The position numbers and the translations under genes are program-made. A stretch of 64,000 nucleotides of DNA, from assembly GCF_009914755.1 (NCBI RefSeq), contig NC_060927.1; one strand, given 5' to 3'. Positions 43,345 through 56,090 of the stretch are shown in pieces. Under the pieces are notes generated by a model, which searched no databases, was not told where the DNA came from, and saw nothing but the letters and a program-made list of their open reading frames with translations. This stretch comes from the human T2T-CHM13v2.0 reference genome, Homo sapiens. Every line of letters starts with the position of its first letter. The stretch's first letter is position 1.

Positions 43345-43582
43345 GTACTTTGGGGTAATGGTCAAGTTGTATAGCTATCGAACCCTGGGTATAGCTTGTG
43401 ACCATTGACAAGTTACATAACCTGTCTTTAAATTGGTTTCCTCTTTCCTAAACTGGGAGTAATATTGGTACTTAACTCAAAGAGTTATTGTGAGGATTTA
43501 ATGAGTTACCATATGCAAAAGTGTTAAAAATGGTGCCCGGTAGTAATCCAAGCCCAATAAAAAGCTATTTTTATTATTATAT
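43345..43582 (+). mobile_element. MIR
   Basis: gtgaccattgacaagttacataacct...gagttattgtgaggatttaatgag. Confidence 0.75.
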
Positions 43583-44871
43583 GGTATTGCTGATAATTAG
43601 AAGTTATTTCTGAGAGTGCAAAAACCCTTTCTCTTAAGGTAGGATGGCTTTGGATGTCCATTTGGATGAGACTTTTTTTGTTTGTTTGTTTTTAATTATT
43701 TCTCTTTTTCTCCAACTAATTGAATTCAATTATTGGTGTTTATTGAATGTCATTTCAGAAATTTGGTCTGCATTTTGGTTGTTAAATAATGGTTTTAACT
43801 GAGTGGGAAGAACAAAGGATAATTGTTATTTTCTTCTGGTATACAGCTCTCAAGAGTTTGGGGTTTTTGAGGTTTGCCATGGTACATCAATAGAATATCA
43901 AATGACAGGATAAGACCTAGAAGACAAATGTAAAATTCCAAAATGCATGCTGTGGATGAATGTAGCAATATGAGATGAGTACTATTTGGGGTGAGTATAT
44001 TTAGGAAATTCTAATTTAGGAACTTATTATTATTATTATTTATGAAAAACTCCTTTTTTCCCCCGAGTCAGATTTAGTCTGCAATGTATCCTGACCACAA
44101 TGGCTTAGGATATAACCTGTATCCAATAATCTTACTCTAAAATCTGCTGGCCAGCAGCCTCTGCCTCAATGATGTTATTCTGAGATCTCATAGCTACTGA
44201 GTGAGATACTTGAAAGCATAGCAGAAAGCATCTTACAGTGTTATCAATTCTGTTCTCTCCATCTGGAGCTAGCCTAAAGGTTGATTATATTAGAATATTT
44301 TAGTATAATATTAAATTGGCACAAATCATTTTGATTGGACATTTTAATATTCTGGCAGCTATTATTTACTTCTTGTATTTTTCGGTGTTCTATTCTCTTA
44401 AACTACAAAGATGAAGAGGTGTTTATTCTTACAATGTGGAAAATATCAGCGTAATCACTGCTAATCTATTTCTTCCTGTCACCCATTGGTTTTCTTTCAA
44501 ACAGTATTTTTGTATATTCTTTTCTTTCTGTTCTCATGACAATATATTGTGTGCTAAGCTTTTCCTACCATGTTACAATGTAACATGATAGCAAATCATC
44601 TTAGATTTACTCACTAGAGCAAATTTATTTATTTTATGACATTTACAATGGCAATTTATTACATTTATCTGTTCTATTTTTGAAATTTCTTACTAGCAGG
44701 AAATTTTAAAATTTATCTGCAAGGATTAAAAAAACTTCAGAATCCTCTCACAATGAATGCTATCCCAGAAGTGAAAGTAAATTTGTTTGACTAATCTAAC
44801 ACAAAATCCTAGGAATAGGTCTGTCAGGCATGGCTGGAACCAAGTACTGTGAGGATATCATTGTTACCTGG

Positions 44872-45323
44872 TGTATTAGTCAGGGCTCTCTAGAGGGAAA
44901 GAACTCATGGAATTACGGAATTTTATATATATATATATATGAGCTTATTAAGTATCCGCTCAAGGATCACAAGGTCCCACAATAGGCCATCTGCAGGCTG
45001 AGGAGCAAGGAGAGCCAGTTCAGGTTCCAAAACTGAAGAACTTGGAGTCTGATGTTCAAGGACAGGAAGCATCAAGCATAGGAGGAAAATGTAGGCTGGG
45101 AAGTTAGGCCAGTCTCTCTTTTCACATTTTGCTACCTGCTTGTATTCAAGCTGCACTGGTAGCTGATTAGATTATGCCCCCCAAGACTAAGGGGGTGTCT
45201 GCCTTTCCCAGCCCACTGACTCAGATATTGATCTCCTTTGGCAGCACCCTCACAGACACACCCAGGATCAATACTTTGTATCCTTCAATCCAATCAAGTT
45301 GACACTCAGTATTAACCATCACA
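44872..45323 (-). mobile_element. MLT2A1 (HERV-L) solo LTR
   Basis: tgtattagtcaggg...(TA)n...gttgacactcagtattaaccatcaca; 5-bp TSD cctgg/cctcg. Confidence 0.92.
45164..45174 (-). promoter_or_regulatory. DUX4 consensus motif TAATCTAATCA
   Basis: tgattagatta on + strand, inside MLT2A1. Confidence 0.7.
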
Positions 45324-47059
45324 CCTCGTTTCTTTCTTTTTATTTTTCAACTCTGCTAAGTCATTGTTGGAATCATGTAGTCAGAATCAACAGGCTTCCA
45401 TACTGTCAAGTGCAAGTCTTTTAAAAAGGAGACATTGTGGCTTTCTCATCAGCTTGACAAGGTCTTGGGTCTGATTCACATCAGCCCAGTGGATGTTTTG
45501 CCTAGTAATAGGTATCATTTGAAATGCTGGACTTTGTTCAAATACCCACTACAAAAGCTTCATCTTTCAGATTATTATGACTTTCCTCATTGAAGTTGTT
45601 GGATTTCTAATAGCTATCCAATAATTCTAGATTGACTTTAAGTCCAGAACTGGACAGAAACAGTCAACAAAGGCTTGACCAATAGTAAAATGTACTATAC
45701 TATTTCAGAAATACCATGGGCCATTTGTTTATCCCAATATTCTGATTTTAAAAATTATGACCCTATGTTTTTGCATTTTCTATGTCATAAATATGTTTAT
45801 AATTTTAATGAAAATCAGAAGCTATTTCTTGACTGCTAAAAATGCTCAATATGTGTGTTTCACCACAATATAGTCCATGAGATTCTGATTAGGCTTTGGA
45901 TTCAGACTTCTGGGAGTCAAGTTTCAGCTCCCAAATATTTGTTCTGTCAGAAAATATGGGCACAAATTTATTGGGATTAAATGATGAAATGAGACAGTGA
46001 ATGAAAAGGAGAAATGTGGTGGGTATTATTTTCCTACTTAAATTTTATGCCATACTTCAAGATAATCATTTCTCCATTTTAAATATATCAATTCTTAATA
46101 CTTTCTACTCTGTAACTGGTATAGATGTATCAAGTAGCAATTTGTATCAGGTCAAAAAGTTTATAATTTTAGAAGAATGTCAGTGATTGAGTGGTGTGCC
46201 ATTTTCTCTATTATTTGCTATATTCTGTTTTATTCATTAAACTTCCTTTGCAATGCATTTCATTTTTTAAAATTTTGTTTTAAATTGAAGATTCTCCTAT
46301 TTTAGAGCTTTGCAGCTGGTAAAATGATAGCAGAACAGACCAGGTGCTGTTTATTGGGACTTCCAGATTCTAAAAGCTGAGAAGATTAACCTTTTACCAA
46401 AGACAGTGTGCCCCAGAAATTGGTCAATAGGCCTCTTTGTTTTTCACTGAAATGTCAGGGCTCCGAAATATTTCTTTCTCTAAGCACCTGCCAAAAGTCA
46501 ATGGAGAAAAAGAGGACATAAAAACAGATGGTCGACTCGTATTTATAATCTTAATGACATTGATAGTTTGTTGAAAAGTGTCTTCCTCTTCGTAAAGATT
46601 GACAGAGAAGAAAGCACTAAATGCTGGACACTGGTGGCCCATACAAAAGTTAAGCAAGACAAATATCCCTTTGTGGACTCTCTTGCCTTTTTATAATACT
46701 GTCTGTTTCTTGTGAGGAGATATATACTCCATGGGTCACTATTAAACATGTGGTATAGCTTTTACTTTCACATATTTGTGAAAAATGAAGTGAGGTCTGG
46801 TGGCTTACAAAAGCAACCTAAATTATTTGGTGAGATGGTATGATATATTTTGCTGGCGGAAGAGAGGGAATAAAACGACATTCAATCACCCCAATGATCT
46901 GTCTTATGTAACTCATCTTTATTCCTTCTCTTTTTATTATGGAAAAAGAGGGTTTTCAGAGAAATCAGACATTGATTTGTTTATTATGTGATATTAGTAA
47001 AAAGGATCAATAGTTACAACCAAAGATGTTAATAATAATAACTAAAACTTAGTATTTCA

Positions 47060-47285
47060 TTGCTTTTAAAGCTCCCTTAAATACACACTGTAATTGGATA
47101 TACTCTGCAAAATTATAAGGGCTGTGTGGTGTATATTCTTTCATTTTATAGATGAGAATACAAACTCTAAGAAAGGTTAAGTGTTTTATCTAAAGTGACC
47201 CAGATAGTCAGTGGCTGACTTGGGAACCAAATTTCATTGTTTCTATTTCTTACCCAGTGTTCTGTCTATTTTACCACATTGTTGC
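47060..47285 (-). mobile_element. MIR
   Basis: cattttatagatgagaatac...aaaggttaagtg...aaagtgacccagatagtcagtggc. Confidence 0.7.
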
Positions 47286-48648
47286 TCAGACACTTAAAGT
47301 GACATCTTTGTGGATGAATTAAAAATAAATTCTAAGAAATTATTTTCAAATGTGTAACAGTCATTACCCGATGTGAATATTGGCAAGCCACAATCCTTTT
47401 CTGTTTAATCTTTTAGAAGGGGATTTTTGCATATTGAACTAATAGAAATCATATTTAAGTTTATAGGACTGTGATTTCATTTATGTTTCCAAAAGCATGG
47501 TGAGCTTCACACAAAACAATTTTCCATCTTTTAAGTCTTGCTAATCCACTTTAAGCTAGGCAAAAGTCACACATCATCTCAGCTGCTGTGATCACATACA
47601 AACCACCTCCGCTAATCTCTTCAAAGGGGATTTTCCTTTGCACAGGCAGACTGCACAGCATGGGACTTACAGTTAGTACCTTGCAAAGTTTCCCAAGTTC
47701 ATTTATAATTCCACTTTTATCCTGAAACTATAGCATGTAAGGTCTCCTCCAAACAATTCCAGGCCCTTTTACAGCTGTCGCTGGTTTTCTCCCTAGCTTT
47801 TTAAATAACTGATGAAGTCGATGATGCAGTCATTACAGCAAGGAGTGACTGCGATTCCTATTATTTATTTGCAGATGGAAATAGAAAACTACCCTGATAT
47901 CTGACAAATTGAGTTTCCAGGATGAATCAGAAAGTATTGGTTGTTGGGTTTTCTTAGCTTGGTAAGATAAATAAATAAATAAATCTCTCCTGTGTCTCTG
48001 AATGCATTTTCCATTTTAGACAGGCATACAAAAATCCTAAGCATGATTTAGATAGCTTCTAACACATAACGAATGGCATTATAAATAAGTTTGAGTGGTT
48101 GGAAAAATATAAGCACATTAAAAACAACAATTGGGCAGAAATATGAAACTGAAAGAAGTTTGAAAATCCCAGCTTGATACAGTTCATCTTAAAATGAACA
48201 AACCTACAAAATTTACATAAATTGCAGAAAAAAAGAAATAGGTTTAATCAGTGAATTCAAGGATATTAATAAAACCTATTTTTGCTGTAAGATTTCTAAT
48301 GATATTCTGTAACTATGTGATTTAATTCCTGAATTGTAGCTCAGGAAGTTTACTTTCATGTTCTTGTGTATTATAACTTCGGAAAAGTTATTTTTTAGAA
48401 ACACCATTATGATTCAGTGAAACACATCCCACCTGACTCACTTCAATTCAGATGATAACTCAGTGGAGCATATTATCATTAACAGGGTGATCATATATCC
48501 CTTTGTTGTTATTTGACAAAATTTATAGGATTATAATTTCAACTTAGTGCTTCTGCTGAGGATTGGTACTTGAAATGCTGAAAAATGAGGCAGAAGCTCA
48601 GGGAACATTCTTTCTAGAGAACCTAATATTATACCACCACAATCTTTT

Positions 48649-48663
48649 TTTTTTTTTTTCGTT

Positions 48664-48696
<33 letters not shown>

Positions 48697-48974
48697 AGAC
48701 TGAGTCTCACTCTGTTGCCAGACTGGAGTGCAGTGGAGTGATCTCGGCTCACTGCAACCACTGCCTCCTGGGTTAAAGCGATTCTCCTGCCTCAGTCTCC
48801 CAAGTAGCTGAGACTGCAGGTGCGCACTACCACGCCCAGCTAATTTTTGTATTTTTAGTAGATACGGGATTTCACCATGTTGGCCAGGATGGTCTTAATC
48901 TCTTGACCATGTGATGCTCCCACCTCACCCTCCCAAAGTGCTGGGATTATAGACGTGAGCCACTGAGCCCGGCC
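48649..48974 (-). mobile_element. AluSc
   Basis: ttgccag (1-nt shorter), ggatggtc...tctcttgacc; long T tail; TSD cacaatctttt (48638-48648 / 48975-48985). Confidence 0.95.
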
Positions 48975-49284
48975 CACAATCTTTTATTTCTCTAAATAAA
49001 TTCATTCAGAAAAAAATTTGCGAGGTAGATACCTTGGCAAAAATTCATATAAATTTTAAGGACCTTGAACCGGAAAAAGCACATATTCTTGTTTGTTTTT
49101 TTTTCTTTTTTTTTTTTTTAACATATATTGTCTATCCTAAAAGTTACATCTTGGTAAAAGAAATGACAATAATTTTTCATGATCATAATTATTGATTGCA
49201 ATATTTGAAAACAGATTCCTTTCTTCCTTCCTTCCTTCCTTCCTTATAGCCCTAACAAGGAGGAGTTAAGTGGAGTCCCTACCT

Positions 49285-49315
<31 letters not shown>

Positions 49316-51061
49316 GGAAAAGGAAGAAGAAAAAGGAAACAGTAAATAACAATTATCTCATAATCTTATATTCTTAATCCGTCTTCGTCATTACCAGATT
49401 TTAGATATAGAATGAGGGATGTCAGAAATGCAGATTTTCTGAATCTTTCCATATGTAAATGACACAGAATGCTACTTTTTCTTGAAACAAATACTTTACA
49501 TGTTGTAGGAGAAAAAAATGGCACAATTGCAGTTCGAGTTTCAATCACTCCACTGCTTGTTTCCTTGAAGTTTTGCCTTAGAATTAAAGAATGGAGGTGA
49601 TATCTTCTGAAGCTCCTTCTAGTTCTGTAATGTTTTTGATTTTCAAATGTGAAATGAAACCAAAGATAAACATGTCCTGCTTTTAATAGGTGTTTTGTAG
49701 CAAGTGCCACAATGATTTTCCTTCCCTATCCATTTTCCTTGTTATCCACACTTACCCTCCTCTTTCCCCAGGCGCAAAAGTAACAAAATAGATAATAACT
49801 TTGCTACTCTTTACCATCCTCTCACTGTAAATTGTTATCCATTTCAGCAAATAGCTCATTGGAGAGTGAGATTACTTCCTGCAAAAAATGTAGAAGGGAG
49901 TGATTTAAAAACTCAGTTATCACTTCCTTAAGCTGAAATAATGGAAGTAGTCCCTTTAATCAGTTATCTTTTTTGTGGACATAGAATATATCACTAGTTA
50001 TTTGTGTGTGTGTGTCTGTGTGAGAGAAATTATCTCTTGATAGAATAGGAGTGCCTCTTGAGTATTTCACATATTATATGCTTAGAAAACCGGGTCAGAT
50101 TAGCTCAGTTACACTGCCAAGGAGAAAAGCCAAATAACAGTGGACAAATGGCATATGTTTTGTTTCAGTTTTTAGTTCACCAGCTGACAATTCCCTGGGG
50201 ACAGACAACTAATCTTTTGACTTTGAGTGCATTTCTGTGGCTGCATCCCCACACATCTGTATTCTAAACTTCAAGCCCCATTAGTATGTAGAATACTAGG
50301 TAGAGCCCTGATGAAGGTTTATTTGGCACAGAAATCATCCTGTTATGCACAAGTGCATAGAATTAAAATAATAATTTCTAGTTGATTTCATGCTTCCGTA
50401 GCTTAATGGTCTCTAATGCTACCAGTAGATCCATTATACATATTTTTATACAGGAAAGATGTGGGGAAAGAAAATGTCAGCTTTTGAATAAACCTGTGTC
50501 CAAATTTAATCTAAAATGAAATTGAAAAGAAAATTGGAAATATGACTTTTAGAGGATTTACTACTTTCTCTTTTCTGAGTAATTTGATACCAAGGTATTC
50601 ATAATGATCAGTGAAGTACTAAGGACAATTTTATGCTCATCTCTACACCAACATGACATCTCCTGTTTTTCCTTTAAGTGCAGTGGAATGTAATTAGCCA
50701 ACAGCTTGGGGCTTGATTAAAATGTCACATTTTATAAATTTATGGTCATCTTCTGTGCCTTCCTGAAAGTGAAAGACTTAAAATTTGACTAGACCTGCAT
50801 GCCAGGGAGAGGTATTCATTCATTAAGGAAAAGGGAAATGGACTCCTGGCGGGTGTTCAGGAGTTTCTATCCATTCCCTTATATTAGGCATGTAAAGGGC
50901 TTATACAAATTAAATGTGTATTATAATCATTAATTTATTTAAAAACAAAAGCTATAAAACTCATCCTCTCAATTATTTAGAATTAATATTAAAACTAATG
51001 ATAAAATTAGGGTCTGATTTTTTTTTTATTGCTTCGAATCTCCTATTAAACAAACTAGAGA

Positions 51062-51519
51062 TGGGGGTAGTAGATTGAGTTATTGGGCCTAATTTTTTAG
51101 CCTGTCCTGAATCCTTGTTTATTGCCATGAAACTCTGCAATTCTTCTAAAATCAAGAAGAGTATACTTTCTACCTCTTGACCTTTAGCTACACCGTGAGA
51201 CTCACTTTGGCCAGTGGAATGTGGTAAAGTGACAGTGGCCAAATCTAGGACTTAAGGGGGTTTGCACATGACCACTGGTTCCTCTGCAATTAAATGCAAA
51301 GATCTTTCCCAGAAAAATAGTTGCCTCTTTGCTTGGAATACACTTGAGTAAGGAGTCAAGCTCAGCCAGACGTGCAAGATGTTGTAAAGTCACTCAGAGG
51401 ATCTCTCCTTAGATCAGCCACTCATCATCCAGCAGACCCACAGATGTGAAGAATCATCATCCATCGTCACCACTTAAATTCCCTGGTTGTAGGTTAGGCA
51501 ACGATACTTGACTGGTATA
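51062..51519 (+). mobile_element. Old MaLR LTR (MLT1H/I/J-like)
   Basis: ttgccatgaaactctgc...gactcactttggccagtggaatgtg...cagcagacccacagatgtga. Confidence 0.7.
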
Positions 51520-52149
51520 GAAATATAGAGAAAGAATATTTAGAATAAGTAAATAGCACTGCTCATGGATAACTCTTCTATACTCCAACACAAGCAAGTA
51601 AATTACTCACTTTCGGGGTAATTTAGCAGACTTTATTTTTAAAGTAATACATTTAAAACATAGGGGTGCTTAGAGCAGAAATGCCCTGCATCAAGTAATT
51701 TTTTTAAGAAGCAAGCACTCATGAGATATTAGTTGTTTTTCTGGTTGAGAAATAGGGGAGCTTATTAATTTAATACAGAATAACTTCATAATGTTATTCT
51801 ACCTGTATCATATATCATTCGAGTGTCTCATTTGAAGACAATGGAATTTAGTCTTAAGCGCCAAGGGATTCATTAAGGGGCTTACATAACTTATGGAATC
51901 ATTGGGAAGGCTGCAAAAACAAACTATTTTGAGCTTCTAGGAATGAGTCTCAAAACCCATTTCAGTACTGGGCCCCCAAGGTAGCCTAAGCGTGAGCCCT
52001 TACCAAGAAGTGGTTGTCCCCGCTGCCATCTCCACAACCACCTAGCCTGAGTTGGAATCACACAAGTAACACTTTTGCCTTCTTTCCCGCATAACTCAGT
52101 TTTGAATCAGAGTCTCCCTATAGTGCTTCTGATCAATAAAACATAGAGG

Positions 52150-53660
52150 TAGAAGGAGGTCAGTAAGCATTTGTAGGATGACTGGCGTGTCTACAACAGT
52201 GTAGGCACTGGCGAGACAACCAGAAACAGAACAGAGACCCCTGTCCTCAAGGAGTGTCCATTCTGGAAAGGGAAATAAATTAAATACATAAAAAAAATAG
52301 GGTGTTGGATGGTGAAATGTTGTCCAGGAAAATAAAGGCAGCAATGAGTAGGCAATGCCGTGGAAAATGGTATGTACCCTAAATATTTTGGTCAGAGAAA
52401 GCCTCACTTTAAAAGTGACAGCTGAGCAGAGTCTCAAAGGAAGGGAATGAGTGGGTTATGCAAACATCTGGAGGAACAGCATTCCAGAAAGAGGAAACAG
52501 CAGTTCACAGGCCCTGGGGGAGTAGGAGAGAGCAGACCTGAGTTTCCAGGGAACAACTAAGAAACCAGTGTGAAAAAAGAAAAGGGGAGAGTAGAACACA
52601 AGGGCCCCAGAGAAGTAACATAGAGACAGATTGTGTGGGGCATGATAAGGACCTTGTCCTTTACCCTCAGTGAAATGGGAAGACATTGGAGGATTGGACA
52701 AGATGAGCAAATTAAATTGCCATTTTTTCCCACTTTTTGAAAAAAAGGTGCAATCCACATAATATAAAATTAACCATTTTAAAAAGTGAACAATTCAGTG
52801 GCCTTTAGTACATTCACAAGGTTGTACAATGATCACTTGTATCAAGTTCAAAATTATTTTCATCACTTCTCAAAAATACTCTGTACCAATTAGGCAGTCA
52901 TTCCTATCTCCCCTCCCACAGGTCCTGGAAAACACAGATCTGCTTTTTGTCTATGTAGATTTATTTGTTCTGTTAATTAATATACATAGAATCACACTGC
53001 ATGTCATCTTTTGAATCTGACTTCTTTCACTAGGCATAATGTTTTCAAAGTTCATTCACACTGTGGCATGTATTACATATTAGTGCTTCATTCCTGTTAT
53101 GGTGAATAACATTCCATGGTATGTATCCACCACATTTTTTATCCAGCCATCATTGACCCACTTATCAGCTGTTTTCACCTTTAAGCTATTGTGAGTAATA
53201 CTGAGGTTCACAATAGTACTATTATATTCATGTGTACTATTTGTGCACCAGTAGTTGTTTCAGTACCAGTTTTCAATTATTTTGTGTGTACACCTAAGAG
53301 TGAAATTGCTGGGTCATACGTTAATTCTATACTTAACTCTTTGAAGAATCACCAAATCACTTTCTACAGTGGCTGCATCATTTTACTTCCCTACTATCAG
53401 TTTCTTCACATCTTTGCCAGCACCTATTATTGTCTCTCTTTTTTTTATTATAGTCATCCAATTGGGTGTGAAGTGGTATATCATTTTGCTGTCATTTTTC
53501 CAAAACAAAATTACTCTGGCTGCTATGGTGAGAATAGTCTGTATGAGGGTAAGGATGGAAGCTACAGTAATTGGAAGAGGATGTATCTTTTTCGGTAATA
53601 ACTACTCTGGTAGAATAGCAAATGAATTTGCATTGTCTGTTAAAGAGATCTAGAAACGTA
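52150..53660 (-). mobile_element. L2 interrupted by L1MB
   Basis: gaacagcattccagaaagaggaaacagcag...gaaatgggaagacattgg; resumes at aaaattactctggctgctatgg after the L1. Confidence 0.7.
52730..53490 (-). mobile_element. L1MB 3' end
   Basis: cacataatataaaattaaccatttt...aattcagtggc...ttcacaaggttgtacaa...gggtgtgaagtggtat. Confidence 0.85.
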
Positions 53661-53856
53661 CCAAATGAAAAACCATAGATCTACAGTTTTCCACACATAG
53701 AAAATCATGTACGTTGTGTTAAAAGAAAGAAGAAAAAGTAAAAGTAGTAACATCTTCCCAAAATGGTCACAGAATTTATACCATTGCTTCATTTTTGAAA
53801 GAAGTCATGAGGTTTTGGAAGCCAAGGCCCGTGATTGGAAGTGAATTTTGGGTTCT

Positions 53857-54200
53857 GTATTAGTCATTTTCCCTTCGGTTGTTAGAAACAAAAGAGCTGA
53901 ATGAAAACTGGATTGTCATAATGGAATTAATTTTCTCATGTAACTGGTATACTAGTGGGATAGGAATAGCCTCACATTCAGTTTAGGAAAAAGTCTCAAG
54001 TGATGCCACTACAGGTCCCAGTTTCTCAATTTCACCTTTTTTGTGGTGTTTGCATGACTTTAGTACTTCCAAAATTTATTTTGTCTCAGCTTTAAATCCT
54101 TCAGGAAAATGTGATTTTTTTCCCAGATGTCCTAGCAAATGTTCCATGGTACCTCACTGATTCTGATTGGTTATGAGCCAATTATAACGTACCCATTAAG
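53857..54200 (-). mobile_element. Old MaLR LTR (MLT1K-like)
   Basis: tgtattagtc...ggttgttagaaacaaaa...ctcactgattctgattggtta; weak recognition. Confidence 0.45.
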
Positions 54201-54786
54201 GTACCACATCTATTAAATAGATAGCCAGTCATCAGCAGATCTCAGGCACTATATGTATTCTTGTTAAATGCAAATCCAATTTATACATTGTTAGAAAGAT
54301 TAAGCAGAAAATACAGAGCTCATTGTTACAAGAAGTGACGAATTGTGATGAACAGCCACCTGTCCCACTTTATATATATTTTGAAAAGCCATTTATTGTG
54401 AAGTGAGCAAACACTCTTGAATGCATATTTATAAAGATTGTTCCATTATCTGAAAGACAGAAGCAGGGATGTGCAAAGTGAAGAATGGAGTCAAAGTCAA
54501 GTTTAAGAGAATAGGAAGAATTAGGAAACAATGAAGGAAATTCATATGGGCTTACATAATCCCAGGTAGCAAGGTGGAAAGTAGGAATAGAAAAGATTGA
54601 TTACAAAAGGTTGCCGTGAGTTCCACCAGTTTGTAATTATTTGGGCTATAGGCCCTGGAAAGTTAGAAGAATTTGAACTTCAAGGGTCATTTTAACTGTA
54701 ACAGTCCAAAAACCTTACCTGCTATCTCAATCTATCATGAAGATTCGTAATCAGTGCTCCATGAAGCCCTTGAAATTATGTGTAAA

Positions 54787-54787
<1 letters not shown>

Positions 54788-54827
<40 letters not shown>
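54788..54827. repeat. (TG)20 microsatellite
   Basis: Pure run. Confidence 0.97.
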
Positions 54828-54830
<3 letters not shown>

Positions 54831-55119
54831 CTATCTTTGAGTTGGGTCTATTCCTTTTATCATATTCACAGAAGGGCTGCAGTCCCCAAGAAAGAATGAA
54901 TTGCAGGTCTTTTAAAAATGTAGACAATTTATTCACACTTGGGATTTAGAAGGGAAACATCTTTCAGTGACTTACTAAGCAAAATATGACAAGTGATGAG
55001 GTACAGAGAGACAGAGAGACTGCCGAGTGTGTTAGACTGAGAATTTGGGCCAAGAGGAGGACAGAACAGGTGATTAATTTCCACCGGACAGCTTACCTCA
55101 GAACGACACTCCGGGAATC

Positions 55120-56090
55120 TCATTTATTCATTTGTCAGCAAATTAAATGTCAGCAAATTGGGCCAACATATTCAGAAGTTACTATGTGTCAGGATTGTTT
55201 CAGAGCTGGTTTAACCAATACCAGAACAATTAGCCACATGTAGCTATTTGGTACTTGAAGTGTGGCCAGTGCCACATATAGAAGTGATAATATTTTTGAG
55301 ATTTATAATACCTTATTACATATAATAAATATATTTTTACATTAGTTTTACCTTTTGCCATTTACTGTTTTAATGAAACTTCTAGAAAACTTTAAATCAC
55401 TTATGTGCCTCTCATTGTATTTCTATTGGACAGCACTCTTCCAGACACCAGCAAAGACCCTCTGCTTATGGACCTTAAATTCTAGTGAAAGAAAGCAGAC
55501 AATCAACAATAAGCATCCTAAGTGAAGTCTGTGGTAGGTAGAAGGTGATGAATAGTACGGGAAAACAGAGAAATAGAGCAGGAGAAGGAGATCAGGTATG
55601 GTGGGATGGTAGAAGGCATTTTTCAATGTAAGGGTGATGGCAGGTTGCTTTAAGAAATTCGAACTTTTGAATAAAGTCTCATGCAGGTATGGAGGATAAG
55701 TTTGTAGGCCCTGGGAACAGCAAGTGAAAAAACCTAATGTGTAAGCTTGCCTGACTTGTTTGGGGAGCCAGACCTCAGAGGCTGGAGAAGAGTAGACTAA
55801 AGTCAGGGAGGCAAAGGCTGTGGGATTGGACAGATCATGTGGTGCTTACAGACTTAGACATTGACTCTGGGTGAAATGGGAATCCAATGGAGGGTTTTTA
55901 GAGGAGGGATGGCCCAAATTTGATTTAGATTTTAAGCAGATTGCCCTGGCTGGTATATTGCAGTCAGATCATAGAGAGGCAAAGATGGAAGCAGGAAAGC
56001 AGCTTGCAGGCTACTGTAGTAATCCAGGTGGGAGACAAAGGTGACTCAGATCAAGGAGGTTTGGTATAGATACTTAGAAAGGGTCAGATC
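55120..56090 (-). mobile_element. L2 interrupted by MER33
   Basis: cattcattt...tactatgtgtcagg start; gaaatgggaatccaatggagggtttt, ggctactgtagtaatccaggtgggaga. Confidence 0.75.
55201..55438. mobile_element. MER33/MER3-like hAT element
   Basis: cagagctg...tagccacatgtagctatt...tatttctattggacagcact (TIR-like ends). Confidence 0.8.
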
